The translations under genes and the position numbers were made by a program. Shown in pieces: positions 29,338-39,416 of a DNA stretch of 56,017 bases. How positions within the stretch are numbered: the first letter of the stretch is position 1; each line of letters starts with the position of its first letter. The notes below the pieces were generated by a model, which worked only from the letters and a program-made list of their open reading frames with translations, was not told the DNA's origin and did not search any database. The stretch comes from Candidatus Thorarchaeota archaeon (GTDB taxonomy: Archaea > Asgardarchaeota > Thorarchaeia > Thorarchaeales > Thorarchaeaceae): the NCBI GenBank assembly GCA_029855935.1, contig JAGSHN010000008.1:1-56017 (forward strand). The letters are read 5' to 3'.

Positions 29338-32300
29338 ATGTATTTGGGTGCAATGCACAGACGTCATTCTCGGTTCTATCTCTTGGTAAGCGCGGGGCTG
29401 GCGGCTTTACTCTTGATTGGCGCGCTTGGTAGCAGTCTGGTCACTGAGTCCATTCTTCTGAATGACAGGGTCAGCCCTGTTGGAAATCGTGGAGAAGAAG
29501 CCAGAGTCTTTCTGCCGCGGCACACTGTGTCTGCCTACACTCCTCACAGTCCGATCACCATCACGTCCAATGCCGATTTTGCATCACAGGGCTGGCCGGG
29601 GAACGGCACTGAGTCCAACCCGTACGTGATAGAGGGACTGAACATAACCACCAGCGGAAACTGCATCTCGATCTCGGACACAACGGTCTATTTTGTGATA
29701 CGCAACTGCCTGCTCACCGGCGGAAGAAACTGGCACGGGGTATCTCTGGACAATGTGATCAACGGAAGGATAGAGGGATGTACAATATCAGGGAAATCAA
29801 GCGGCGTGGGCATATTCCACTCCTCGAACAACACTCTGGTGAACAACACCATCTCAGACAATTGGCATGGCGTTTTCATATACTGTTCCTCGAACAACAC
29901 TCTGGTGAACAATGAGTTTGTAAGCAACGGGCTCATCATTCGTGGAGACAGTGTATCAGACTGGTTGCAGACGGTCACCTCTGACAACACAGTGAACGGG
30001 AAGATGTTGGGCTACTTCTCTGGGCTGACCGATGGAGTGATTGATGGCGGTCAGTACGGTCAGGTGATCCTGGCGAACTGCACAGGAGTGACAATACGAG
30101 ATGGTGTGTTCGTCAACAGCACTGTGGGAGTAGAACTGGGCTTTTCCTCGAACAATACTCTCGTGAACAACATCATTTCGGGTAATCGATTCGGCGTAGA
30201 TATGTGGTATTCCTCGAACAACACGCTGGTGAACAGTATCATTTCGAACAACTCAGACGGCGTCTATATGTGCTATTCCTCGAACAATGGTGTTGTGAAT
30301 AACACTATCTCCCAGAACGATGGCATAGGCGTGTTCTTAGGTTCCTCAAACTACACTAGTCTGACGGGCAACACGATCTCAGAAAATGGTGATGATGGTG
30401 TGTACCTTGAGTCCTCCTCGAACAACAGTCTGGTGAACAACACCATCTCAGAGAACTCAGTTGGTGTGTCCTTGTACTCCTCGAACAACAACAGTCTGGT
30501 GAACAACACCATCTCGTACAATGATGATGATGGTGTGTGGCTGTACTCCTCCTCGAACAACAGTCTGGTGAACAACACCATCTCGTACAATGATGATGAT
30601 GGTGTGTTTCTGTACTCCTCCTCGAACAACACTCTGGTGAACAACACGATCTCACACAACTTATGGGATGGTGTGTGCCTGGACTCCTCCTCGAACAACA
30701 CTCTGGTGAACAACGAATTCGTAAATGACGGGCTCTTCGTGTTTGGGAGCACGTTGTCAAACTCGTTGCAGAACATCATTTCTGACAACACTGTGAATGG
30801 GAAACTATTGGGCTATTTCTCTGGACTGACAGGAGGGGTGATCGATGGTAGTCAGTACGGTCAGGTGATCCTTGTCAATTGTACAGGAGTGACGGTACAG
30901 AATGGCGTGTTCATCAACAGCACCGTCGGAGTAGAACTGGGCTTCTCGAACAACACTCTGGTGAACAACACGATCTCACACAACTCACTATATGGTGTGT
31001 TTCTGTACTCCTCCTCGAACAACACTCTGGTGAACAACACGATCTCACACAACTTATGGGATGGTGTGTGGCTGTACTCCTCCTCGAACAACAGTCTGGT
31101 GAACAACACCATCTCAGACAACAAATATGGTGTGCACTTGTGGTGCTCCTCGGACAACAGTGTGGCGAATAACACAATCTCGGACAACTTGTGGGATGGC
31201 GTGTACCTGGAGTTCGCCTCGGACAACGCTCTGATGAACAATACCATCTCAGACAATGGTAATCATGGTGTGTTTCTTGCATTCTCCCCGAACAACACTC
31301 TGGTGAACAACGAATTTGTGAACAATGGACTCTTCATATTTGGGAACGCACTGTCGGACTGGTTGCAGACTGTCACATTCGATAACACAGTGAATGGAAG
31401 GATGCTGGGGTACTTCTCAGGATTGACTGGAGGAGTGATTGATGGCGGTCAGTACGGTCAGGTGATCCTTGCGAACTGCACAGGAGTGACAGTACTGAAT
31501 GGCGTCTTCGTCAACAGCACGGTGGGAATAGCACTGGGCTACTCATCTGGCAATGCTGTGGTGAACAACACAATCTTGTACAACTCACGATATGGTGTGT
31601 ACCTTGAATCCTCCTCGAATAACGTTGTGATGAGCAGTACTATCTCATACAATGGTGATGGTATCTACCTGCGCTCTTCGTCGAACAACATTGTAGCGAG
31701 CAACACCGTTTCAGACAACTCCAACTGTGGCGTGTATCTGCACTTTTCCTCGAACAACCAGATCTATCTCAACATCTTTGCTTGGAACGGCAACAACGCG
31801 CACGACAGCTCTGGGTCGGACAACCAATGGAACATAACAGGGATTGGCAACTACTGGTCAGACTACAATGGGACAGGCGTGTATAGCATCGCGGGTTCTA
31901 CGGGCTCGGTGGACTATCACCCAAGACCGTGGAGTGACACCACTCCTCCGACCATCAATAACCCATCCGACATCGAGTACATCGAGGGGACCACAGGACA
32001 TTCGATCACGTGGAGTCCATATGATGCCTATCCGGCCAGCTACGAGGTATATCGGAATGGTAGTCTCATAGAGTCTGGCGGATGGTCAGGCGATTCCATC
32101 ACCATCAATGTGGACGGACTAGGCATTGGTTCATACAACTATACGATAGTGGTCTACGACAAGTCAGGAAACTGGGCCAAGGACACAGTGTTCGTGACTG
32201 TGAAAGAGGCTCCTGATACCGACCCGCCAACAATTGACCATCCAGCGGACATTGAATATGTAGAGGGGAGCACAGGTCACATTGTCATCTGGAACCCGGA

Positions 32301-32673
32301 CGATGCGCACCCCGCAGGATATGAGATCTACAGGAACGGTAGTCTCGTGGTCGCTGGCACCTGGACCGGAGGTCCCGTGACAATCGGTGTAGATGGACTC
32401 AGGGCTGGCACCTACAACTACACTATAGTTCTCTACGACGAGTCGGGGAACTGGGTGAGCGACACAGTGTTCGTGACTGTGTTGACCGGGACGAGCACGA
32501 CATCCGCATCCACTACCAGCGAAACTATGACCTCCACCACTACAGCGCCTGACTGGCCAGGAGGGCTCGCCGTGATAATGGTCGTAGTGGGAGCCGCTGC
32601 GATAGCAATTCTCGTAGTACTGCTAGTCATCATGAAACGGCCCCGCCGACCAGTAGATGATACCTCCAGATAG
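29338..32673 (+). CDS. Cell-surface parallel beta-helix (NosD/PbH1) protein with two Ig-like repeats and C-terminal TM anchor
   Basis: Three beta-helix super-repeats, each ending TVNGK/RxLGYFSGL...QYGQVIL. Two PTI.HP.DIEY.EG Ig units, a Thr-rich linker, a TM and KRPRR. Start placed at GGGTGGATG by homology with the paralogs (ORF track start 29311). Confidence 0.88.
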   Translation: MYLGAMHRRHSRFYLLVSAGLAALLLIGALGSSLVTESILLNDRVSPVGNRGEEARVFLPRHTVSAYTPHSPITITSNADFASQGWPGNGTESNPYVIEGLNITTSGNCISISDTTVYFVIRNCLLTGGRNWHGVSLDNVINGRIEGCTISGKSSGVGIFHSSNNTLVNNTISDNWHGVFIYCSSNNTLVNNEFVSNGLIIRGDSVSDWLQTVTSDNTVNGKMLGYFSGLTDGVIDGGQYGQVILANCTGVTIRDGVFVNSTVGVELGFSSNNTLVNNIISGNRFGVDMWYSSNNTLVNSIISNNSDGVYMCYSSNNGVVNNTISQNDGIGVFLGSSNYTSLTGNTISENGDDGVYLESSSNNSLVNNTISENSVGVSLYSSNNNSLVNNTISYNDDDGVWLYSSSNNSLVNNTISYNDDDGVFLYSSSNNTLVNNTISHNLWDGVCLDSSSNNTLVNNEFVNDGLFVFGSTLSNSLQNIISDNTVNGKLLGYFSGLTGGVIDGSQYGQVILVNCTGVTVQNGVFINSTVGVELGFSNNTLVNNTISHNSLYGVFLYSSSNNTLVNNTISHNLWDGVWLYSSSNNSLVNNTISDNKYGVHLWCSSDNSVANNTISDNLWDGVYLEFASDNALMNNTISDNGNHGVFLAFSPNNTLVNNEFVNNGLFIFGNALSDWLQTVTFDNTVNGRMLGYFSGLTGGVIDGGQYGQVILANCTGVTVLNGVFVNSTVGIALGYSSGNAVVNNTILYNSRYGVYLESSSNNVVMSSTISYNGDGIYLRSSSNNIVASNTVSDNSNCGVYLHFSSNNQIYLNIFAWNGNNAHDSSGSDNQWNITGIGNYWSDYNGTGVYSIAGSTGSVDYHPRPWSDTTPPTINNPSDIEYIEGTTGHSITWSPYDAYPASYEVYRNGSLIESGGWSGDSITINVDGLGIGSYNYTIVVYDKSGNWAKDTVFVTVKEAPDTDPPTIDHPADIEYVEGSTGHIVIWNPDDAHPAGYEIYRNGSLVVAGTWTGGPVTIGVDGLRAGTYNYTIVLYDESGNWVSDTVFVTVLTGTSTTSASTTSETMTSTTTAPDWPGGLAVIMVVVGAAAIAILVVLLVIMKRPRRPVDDTSR
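30380..31330 (+). repeat. Intragenic 66-72 bp tandem repeats encoding beta-helix rungs
   Basis: Near-identical units such as TCCTCCTCGAACAACAGTCTGGTGAACAACACCATCTC. The block starting at 30601 recurs at about 30993. Confidence 0.9.
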
Positions 32674-33287
32674 ACAGGAGCGTCCTGTGTTGAAACAGGG
32701 GCCCGGTGTGTCAGGATGCAGCCGACCGGAGAACCATGTTTCGACGAACGACACCGGGCCCAGCACAGCTTCAAGAGACCAGAGAATCTTGAGCATTCGT
32801 AGATCAGCAGCCCACGTTTCCGGATATATCCGAGGACTTGTGGCCACACGAATTCTCCAGTGTTCCGCTGCACGATGGAAAACTCGATTGGTGCTCTCGT
32901 GGCACCGACCGTCCGATTGATGGCTGGACCAACATCATGGAAATAGAACGCAGGTGCAGAGCAGACTCGAGCCCAGCCACAGCAACATCGTTCTTATCCG
33001 CCCCCTTAAGCCGCTCACGACAGCACGAAGCCTGAGTGTCCAGTTCGACGATGAGTCCTGCGCGACAGAAACACGGAGTCATCTAGAGGACACGGGCAAT
33101 TTCTGGTGTCATCCTCTGATCACATCATACTGGCGCGAGTGCTGGCAGTCTGCACCTTGGAACTCTTCGATGCGCGTGGGCCTTGACGCAGTAGTCAGTT
33201 CTTTTCTGCTAGGGAGAGGACTAGTATTAGGAGGGGCCTATCCCCCTAAGAAACAATACTTGGACAGCGCGAGAAGGCCTTGGGTGG

Positions 33288-33941
33288 ATGTCTCTGGGTG
33301 CAATGCACAGGCGTCATTCCTGGCCTTGCCTCTTGGTATGCGCGGGACTAGTGGCTATGTTTCTGATTGTCGCACTCAGTGGCAATCTGGTGACCGGGTA
33401 TGTTCCTCTAAATGATGGGGGCATCACTAGTCGAGACTATGGAGGAGAAGTGCAGGGCATCTTGCTACAGCATACGGTGTCTGCCTACACTCCTCACGAT
33501 CCAATCACCATCACCTCCGACGCAGACTTCGCATCTCAGGGCTGGCCAGGAAGTGGTACTCAGAACGACCCATACGTGATTGAGGGACTGAACATAACCA
33601 CCAGTGGAAACTGCATCTCCATCTCGAACACAAGAGTCCATTTCGTGATACACTACTGCCTGCTCACAGGAGGAATCCTAGGAAACGGAGTGTCTCTAGA
33701 CAACGTGGCTGGCGAAAGGACAGGGGGATGCACAATATCAGAAAAACGGAATGGTGTGAATCTTGGCTCCTCCTCGAACAACAGTCTGGTGAACAATACC
33801 ATCTCAGAGAACTCGAACTATGGCGTGTACCTGTCCTTTTCCTATAAGAACCGAATCTATCTTAACATTCTTGCCTACAATGATAACAACGCGTATGGCG
33901 GGGACCTAGACAACCACTGGAACATAACAGGTGGTGACTGA
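33288..33941 (+). pseudogene. Collapsed/truncated beta-helix surface gene paralog
   Basis: Same signal and TPHDPITITSDADFASQGWPG N-cap, one rung, then the C-cap RIYLNI...NHWN.TG and a stop before GNYW. Confidence 0.8.
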
Positions 33942-34573
33942 TTGGATCTATGGTGCCTGAGACGAGCCGTTCACGAACTTGCAAGGTTCTCTTGTTGCTT
34001 CTTGACCAACTGTTCGTCTCTCTTGTGGTGGCAAGGTTAATAGCCACTTGCTACGCGATAGTTCCTGCTCTCTTTGAGTACTTCTACAAGTTTCGCAAGA
34101 TCTGGGCCGACCAAGCACATAGGCAAATTGTCACATTCTAGCTCACCGGTTCTCAGGCTCAGAAGAGAGGTATCTGTACGGGATGCTCCTAGAGGAGACT
34201 CCCACTACATATCCCTTGAATCACTGGTGACAGGGTCGGGGACCACGGGATCTCCAGAGCGCTGCGCCATCGTCGGATGCGCCCTTTCTTCTGAAGAGTG
34301 ATTCTATTCCCAACTGGACCTCACTGCGCAGGAACAATGCATTGATTCTTCTATATCCGACGAACAGTTTGAAAGTGGAAATGTGAGATGTCGACCAGAT
34401 TGAGGTCAACTCAGCGATGATGTCACACAGAGACGACCTAGATTCCTGCGCGGACACTACCAGTAGCCTTCTGCTACGTTGGGGCCGAGTCTCGTCTATG
34501 ACGCATCGAGGGGGCCTTGTTCACGGTTCACGCAGTTTGACTTGGCAAACGCGGCCACGGCTATAGAATGGGT

Positions 34574-35971
34574 TCAGAGCCTATCCGACGAAGGCTGGAT
34601 ATATCTCTCAAAGTCTGCCAATTGTAGAGCAATCCAATGTCTGTCTCTCAGTCTTGCGGTCCTCTTGAGTTTCCTGGCGATTATGCCATAGAATAGACTC
34701 CATCCGTCCAGACCCACCGTGCTTGATTTTCTCCTCAGTGTCCTTAGTAGGTCCTCTGCGGTCCTAGCCTGAATGTCACCCCATTTGACCTCAACGAACA
34801 GAGCAGCCTTCCCGACCTCATCTAGTGCGACAAGGTCAATCTCCTGATCTCTGTACCACCATCGCCCGAGTCTGGAGAACCTGAGAGGCAGGGCTCCATC
34901 TTTGTTTAGCCTTATCAGGAATTGTCTTGCTATCTCTTCAAACACTCCTCCGAGGTATTGATCGTAGTCCTCCATTACCTTATCTACCAGTATCTCCCCC
35001 TGGTCGGTCTCAATCAGGTCGTTGTTCGGATGGACATATCTGAACCAGAATGCAAAGTAGGGGTCATTGACGTAGTATCGCGCCTTTCTGCTCTTCCAGC
35101 TCGCTGTTATGGGAACTTCTCGTCTAACAAACCCGAGATCTCTGAGGATCGAGAGATACTTTCCAACAATCGCCCTCCCAAGGCCAGTCTCGTTCATTAT
35201 CTCGCCCAGTGTTGTCTTTCCTCTTGCCACAGCCTCCATGATTGCAAAGTAGTTTCTCGGCTCATCCAGTTCTTCTCTGAGAACGAAGAGTGCATCCTGG
35301 TACAGGAATGAACTTCTCCTAAAGTAGTTCAGAAGGTTCTCTCGAAAGCCTGACCCGTCGCTGAACTCGAGCAGGTACATCGGAGTGCCACCCACGGCCC
35401 CGTACACCCTCACAAAGTCCTGTACCGAAGAGTGGGGCAGGAACAACTTTGCGCTGAAGAAATCCATTGGCTTCAGCTCCAGTTGTGCCGTTCTCCTTCC
35501 GTAGAGTGGGTTCCTGTAACCAAGTAGTCTCCCCATCATGCTGACCGAGGAACCACATATCACAAGGAAAATCATCGTGCGAGAGAGCTTCAAGTCCCAA
35601 TATTCTTGGAGCACCGAGGGCAGGCTTCTATCGTCCTTGACGAGATATGGAAATTCGTCCAGCACAACTATCTGCCTACTGCTAGTCTTCTGACTGAGAT
35701 ACTCGAAGAAGGAGTCCCAGTCCTGAAGAGGATTCGTCCGAAGAAGATCGTCTTCGAAGTGGTCAGCCAACTTCTCCGTGAAACGCCTGAGGTTCTCAGT
35801 CTTGCTTGTTTCTCGCGCAAGGAGGTAGATCCCACCATGCCTCCGAATCAGTTCCAACAGAAGCGTGGTCTTTCCTATTCTCCTTCTCCCGTACAGAACT
35901 ATGAACTCAGCCCTGTTGAGATCTAGTCTGTCTTCGAGGAGGCTGATCTCGGACTCCCGGTCTATGAACAT
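34574..35971 (-). CDS. Archaeal ATPase (AAA/STAND-like) with wHTH and DUF234/PD-(D/E)XK domain
   Basis: FIDRESE, YGRRRIGKT, LDEFPYL, CGSS, PLYGRRT, DPYFAFWFRY and EIDLV...EVKW. Confidence 0.93.
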   Translation of the reverse strand: MFIDRESEISLLEDRLDLNRAEFIVLYGRRRIGKTTLLLELIRRHGGIYLLARETSKTENLRRFTEKLADHFEDDLLRTNPLQDWDSFFEYLSQKTSSRQIVVLDEFPYLVKDDRSLPSVLQEYWDLKLSRTMIFLVICGSSVSMMGRLLGYRNPLYGRRTAQLELKPMDFFSAKLFLPHSSVQDFVRVYGAVGGTPMYLLEFSDGSGFRENLLNYFRRSSFLYQDALFVLREELDEPRNYFAIMEAVARGKTTLGEIMNETGLGRAIVGKYLSILRDLGFVRREVPITASWKSRKARYYVNDPYFAFWFRYVHPNNDLIETDQGEILVDKVMEDYDQYLGGVFEEIARQFLIRLNKDGALPLRFSRLGRWWYRDQEIDLVALDEVGKAALFVEVKWGDIQARTAEDLLRTLRRKSSTVGLDGWSLFYGIIARKLKRTARLRDRHWIALQLADFERYIQPSSDRL

Positions 35972-35975
35972 TGTA

Positions 35976-36002
35976 TACTCACAAGTAATTTACTTTCACG
36001 TA
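35976..36002. promoter_or_regulatory. Tandem TACT-N4-AGTA inverted repeats abutting the ATPase start
   Basis: TACT-CACA-AGTA (35976-35987) and TACT-TTCA-CGTA (35991-36002), 15-bp period. Confidence 0.5.
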
Positions 36003-36584
36003 GACTAATTGACTCTTTCTGTTCCTCGTGGCGGCAATAGAAGGCCAATCCGCTAGACTTCCAATACGTCAGGGGAGTCACAGTGCATTCGATCATACGG
36101 TTTCCAAGTGATTCTCATCTTGCCAGATGCGTCATCTGTCAAAACGGAAGTCCTGTGAAGTTAGGGGGGTGGGCTGATGGTGTAGTTGTGGATGTTGTTG
36201 CACTTCTGGTTGTCGTGACCAGACGACGCCATTGACTTGAGTAAGACGCTTTTCCGGAGAGCGCTGAGACTGCGGTCCCGATGTTGATCCTGTCAGGCAA
36301 GATGCCTCACCGTCTTTCTGATCCAACAAGGCGAGGTTGAAACGAGGGAACCTGTGATTGCCGACATGCAGAGTATGCCCTGTGAACCTCTGACGGCAGA
36401 ACGCTCTGGGAGGCGCTTGAGAAACACTGTTCTCACATAAGTCATCGTGACTCCTGTTGACCACTCAGGCCTCGAGAGGGCATTGGCTTCATAGAACTTC
36501 TCCGATTGCTATCGACATGCCTTTGCCCCAATACTATTTACCGCAAGAGACTGTCTGTGGGGTTCATTGTGACACGAGCGGACG

Positions 36585-37281
36585 GTGAATGTGTTATCGG
36601 TTGCGAGATGGAGCCGCCCTCATGAAGCTCTCTGCTGCTCTGTGCGCCTCTTTCTTGTGATCGTCACTCTGGCGGGTATTCTTGCCGCTGCCCCTGCCAC
36701 TACTCCGTTTTCAACGAGCAACGGGTCCCGTACGGTCGGTGACCATACAGGAGAAGAGACTAATCGGTCTGTGCGGTACGCGGTGTCCTACACTTCTCAC
36801 GATCCAATCAGCAATTCCTGCAATACCGACTTTGCATCGCAGGGCTGGCCGGGAAATGGCACAGAGGCCGACCCGTACGTGATTGAGGAACTGAGCAACC
36901 ACCAGCGGAAATTGCATCATCTTGGATACAACTGTCTATTTTGTGATACGCGACTGCCTGCTCACAGGGCGGGACCTCCGGGAACGGAGTGACTCTGGAG
37001 ACTGTAATCCACGGAAAGGTAGAGGGATGTATGATCTCAGTAGAAGGAATTGGTGTACACCTGTACGACTCCTGCTCGGGCAACAATGTGGTGAACAATA
37101 CTATCTCAAGCAACTCAGTTGGTGTGTACCTGTCCTCCTCCTCGAACAACAGTGTGGTGAGCAACACAATCCCAGATAACTCATAATGTGGTGTGTGGCT
37201 GGTCTCTACTTCGGACTACAATAGATTGTCAAGTGTGAATACTGCGGTCACAGTCTGAGCCTAGACCTGTACGAGAAGTAG
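36585..37281 (+). pseudogene. Frameshifted, internally deleted copy of the 25454-28207 gene
   Basis: N-cap and rungs are split over three frames, with TAA at 37184. The sequence then jumps to the last codons (IVKCEYCGHSLSLDLYEK*) of gene A. Confidence 0.85.
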
Positions 37282-37419
37282 CCAAGACATCGTGACTGAC
37301 TGACGACATTCAAACAAGTCGCACGAGAGCCTGCTGAACATCCCGTGCGCCCCTACCCGGCCAGCCCGTGCTGGAGTACGGACAGTGCAGATCTCCTACC
37401 TCTCTAGCTTGGGTCGAGG

Positions 37420-37900
37420 CTACCTCTCCTCCTTGACACTAATCTTCCCATTCCCCGCATCCAAGTCAAGCCGGAAGTACTTGATAAGTCGCGATATCCC
37501 GAGGTCGTCAAACTTCCAAGACCTCATTTCCAGTCTTGAGTCAATCCCGCCGGGTGCAACAATCACAGGCTGAAAATTGTGGTGGTCGGCCCCAATGAGG
37601 TGCTGGCCGTAGTCCTTCGCCCGGAGCACATATCGGCGCATCCATTCAACGATTGTTTGTTCGACTAGTCTGGCTCTCAAGTCTATGATACGGTACTCGA
37701 CCTCACATCCTCTCCAATACATTGCTAGAGTGTCAATCTTTCCCGTTTCAACTCCGCAGGGTACCTCTTGTCAAACCTTACTATGTCCGGACTGGAGATT
37801 CTGTTGGGACTCCTGTCGCGTCTAACTGCTCACGAGATACCAAGTTGTCGATTATGAACACATGGACCCTTTCAGATATCTGCGAGACCATATCACCAGA
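37420..37900 (-). pseudogene. Decayed PD-(D/E)XK (NucS/DUF91-like) restriction-type endonuclease
   Basis: Extending the 37722 ORF upstream gives EVPCGVETGKIDTLAMY...YRIIDLRA...EQ....MRRYV...PVIVAP. A frameshift and stops lie further upstream. Confidence 0.45.
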
Positions 37901-38024
37901 CGCTGGGCTCCTACTAGTAGGGGCTGCCTAGTCGGTACCTATCGAGGCCGCTTGTATCCCCATACAGCTGGTCCTCTTGCCGTAGCAGTGCAGAGTATAT
38001 TAGGGTTCGACTGGCACGGTAGCG

Positions 38025-39230
38025 TTGCAAATAGGGCTGGAACACATGACAGAGAAAGGGTCCGGTATGAAGGATTACGATCCAGATGAAGAGGAAGACG
38101 TGACAGTCCAGATGAGGCTAGAGGGGGCCGCCGAAGGAACCCGAGCACCAGCGAACCTCGTAATGGATAGAGTGAGATTCTCTGAGGTTCTTGAAGAGGC
38201 GGAGTCTTCCGACAGACTCGTCACGCTGAGGAACGTCATTCGGCGACTGAGGGCCATCATCGAGTCACCAAAGTCCGACCGTGAGACAATCATCCGTGAG
38301 AGGCCGGACGCAGAGGGCTGCACCGTGATCGTGAGGCGGGATATCCTCCTCTCCGAGCTCGACCAGATCCTTGAGGCCCGTACGATTGAGCGAGCCAAGT
38401 ATTACGTCAGGCGCCTGCGTGCAGGCATCCTTGGGACAAAGACGAATCACATCAACGAGATCAACCTGCTCAGATGGAAGGAATACGACGACATCATCAC
38501 AGATAGCCTCTGGATACTGCCCAGAAGGGACACGTCAGGCGCTCATCTCGCGTGGTACTGGGGGAACTTCATACCGCAGATTCCGCGTCAGATGATGCTG
38601 CGCTACACCCGCACGGGCGACTGGGTCCTGGACACGTTCGTCGGCAGCGGGACCACGCTCATCGAGTGTCGCCGTCTCGGACGCAATGGCATCGGCATAG
38701 AGCTGAATCCGGAGGTTGCTGAACGGGCAAGAGAACTCGTCGAGAGCGAGCCAAACGAGCACGGAGTTGTGTCCGATATCGTGGTCGGTGACAGCCGGAC
38801 AATAGACATCGCCGAGATGCTGAAGAGGTACGGCATAGACAGCGTCCAGCTGGTCATCATGCACCCTCCATATCACGACATCATCAAGTTCACCGAGGAT
38901 GACAGAGACCTATCGAATGCGCCGACTGTTGATGAGTTTCTCAAGATGTTCGGCGAGGTCGTCGACAACGTCACACCATATCTTGAGAAGGGCCGCTACC
39001 TCGTCCTTGTGATCGGTGACAAGTATACGAAGGGTGAGTGGATTCCGCTCGGCTTCTACTGCATGCAGGAAGTGATGGATCGGGACTATCTCCTCAAGAG
39101 CATCATCGTGAAGAACTTCGAGGAGACACGCGGAAAGAGAGCGCAGAAGGAGCTGTGGAGGTACCGCGCTCTGGCGGGCGGATTCTACGTGTTCAAGCAC
39201 GAGTACATTATGCTATTCGTGAAGAAATGA
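38025..39230 (+). CDS. N4-C/N6-A DNA methyltransferase (FxGxG before HPPY)
   Basis: GNFIPQIP, DTFVGSGTT, GIELN, HPPYHDII and HEYI. The true start may be the ATG at 38046 or later. Confidence 0.9.
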   Translation: MQIGLEHMTEKGSGMKDYDPDEEEDVTVQMRLEGAAEGTRAPANLVMDRVRFSEVLEEAESSDRLVTLRNVIRRLRAIIESPKSDRETIIRERPDAEGCTVIVRRDILLSELDQILEARTIERAKYYVRRLRAGILGTKTNHINEINLLRWKEYDDIITDSLWILPRRDTSGAHLAWYWGNFIPQIPRQMMLRYTRTGDWVLDTFVGSGTTLIECRRLGRNGIGIELNPEVAERARELVESEPNEHGVVSDIVVGDSRTIDIAEMLKRYGIDSVQLVIMHPPYHDIIKFTEDDRDLSNAPTVDEFLKMFGEVVDNVTPYLEKGRYLVLVIGDKYTKGEWIPLGFYCMQEVMDRDYLLKSIIVKNFEETRGKRAQKELWRYRALAGGFYVFKHEYIMLFVKK

Positions 39231-39416
39231 CGGTGACAATCAGTCAGTGACCCAATACTGTCAGCAAACGGGAGGCGATAGTCAAGTGCCGGGCTGTTCT
39301 TGTATCTGGAGGAAGTGCGCAGACCAGCCCGGTGAAACAATGGTCCGTTCGTGTGACCACAACAATTAGTCTGGAGCGACTTTTCCGAGAATGTAGACCA
39401 TCTATGAACACGACCA

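Noticed and set aside
30380-31330. Regular repeats with variable intervals resembling a CRISPR array
   Set aside because: Unit lengths are multiples of three, lie within one ORF and encode beta-helix rungs. No unique spacers or cas genes.
32790-34570. Short ORFs flanking the truncated paralog (32804-33082, 33950-34457)
   Set aside because: Probably decayed gene debris. No recognisable transposase or other motifs, so not annotated.
36132-36464. Possible fifth, minus-strand surface-gene remnant (HNYTISPP-like text)
   Set aside because: Similarity is too short and interrupted to support.
25454-37281. Diversity-generating retroelement (AAC-rich repeats and near-duplicate segments)
   Set aside because: No reverse transcriptase in the window, and the differences between copies are not restricted to adenines.
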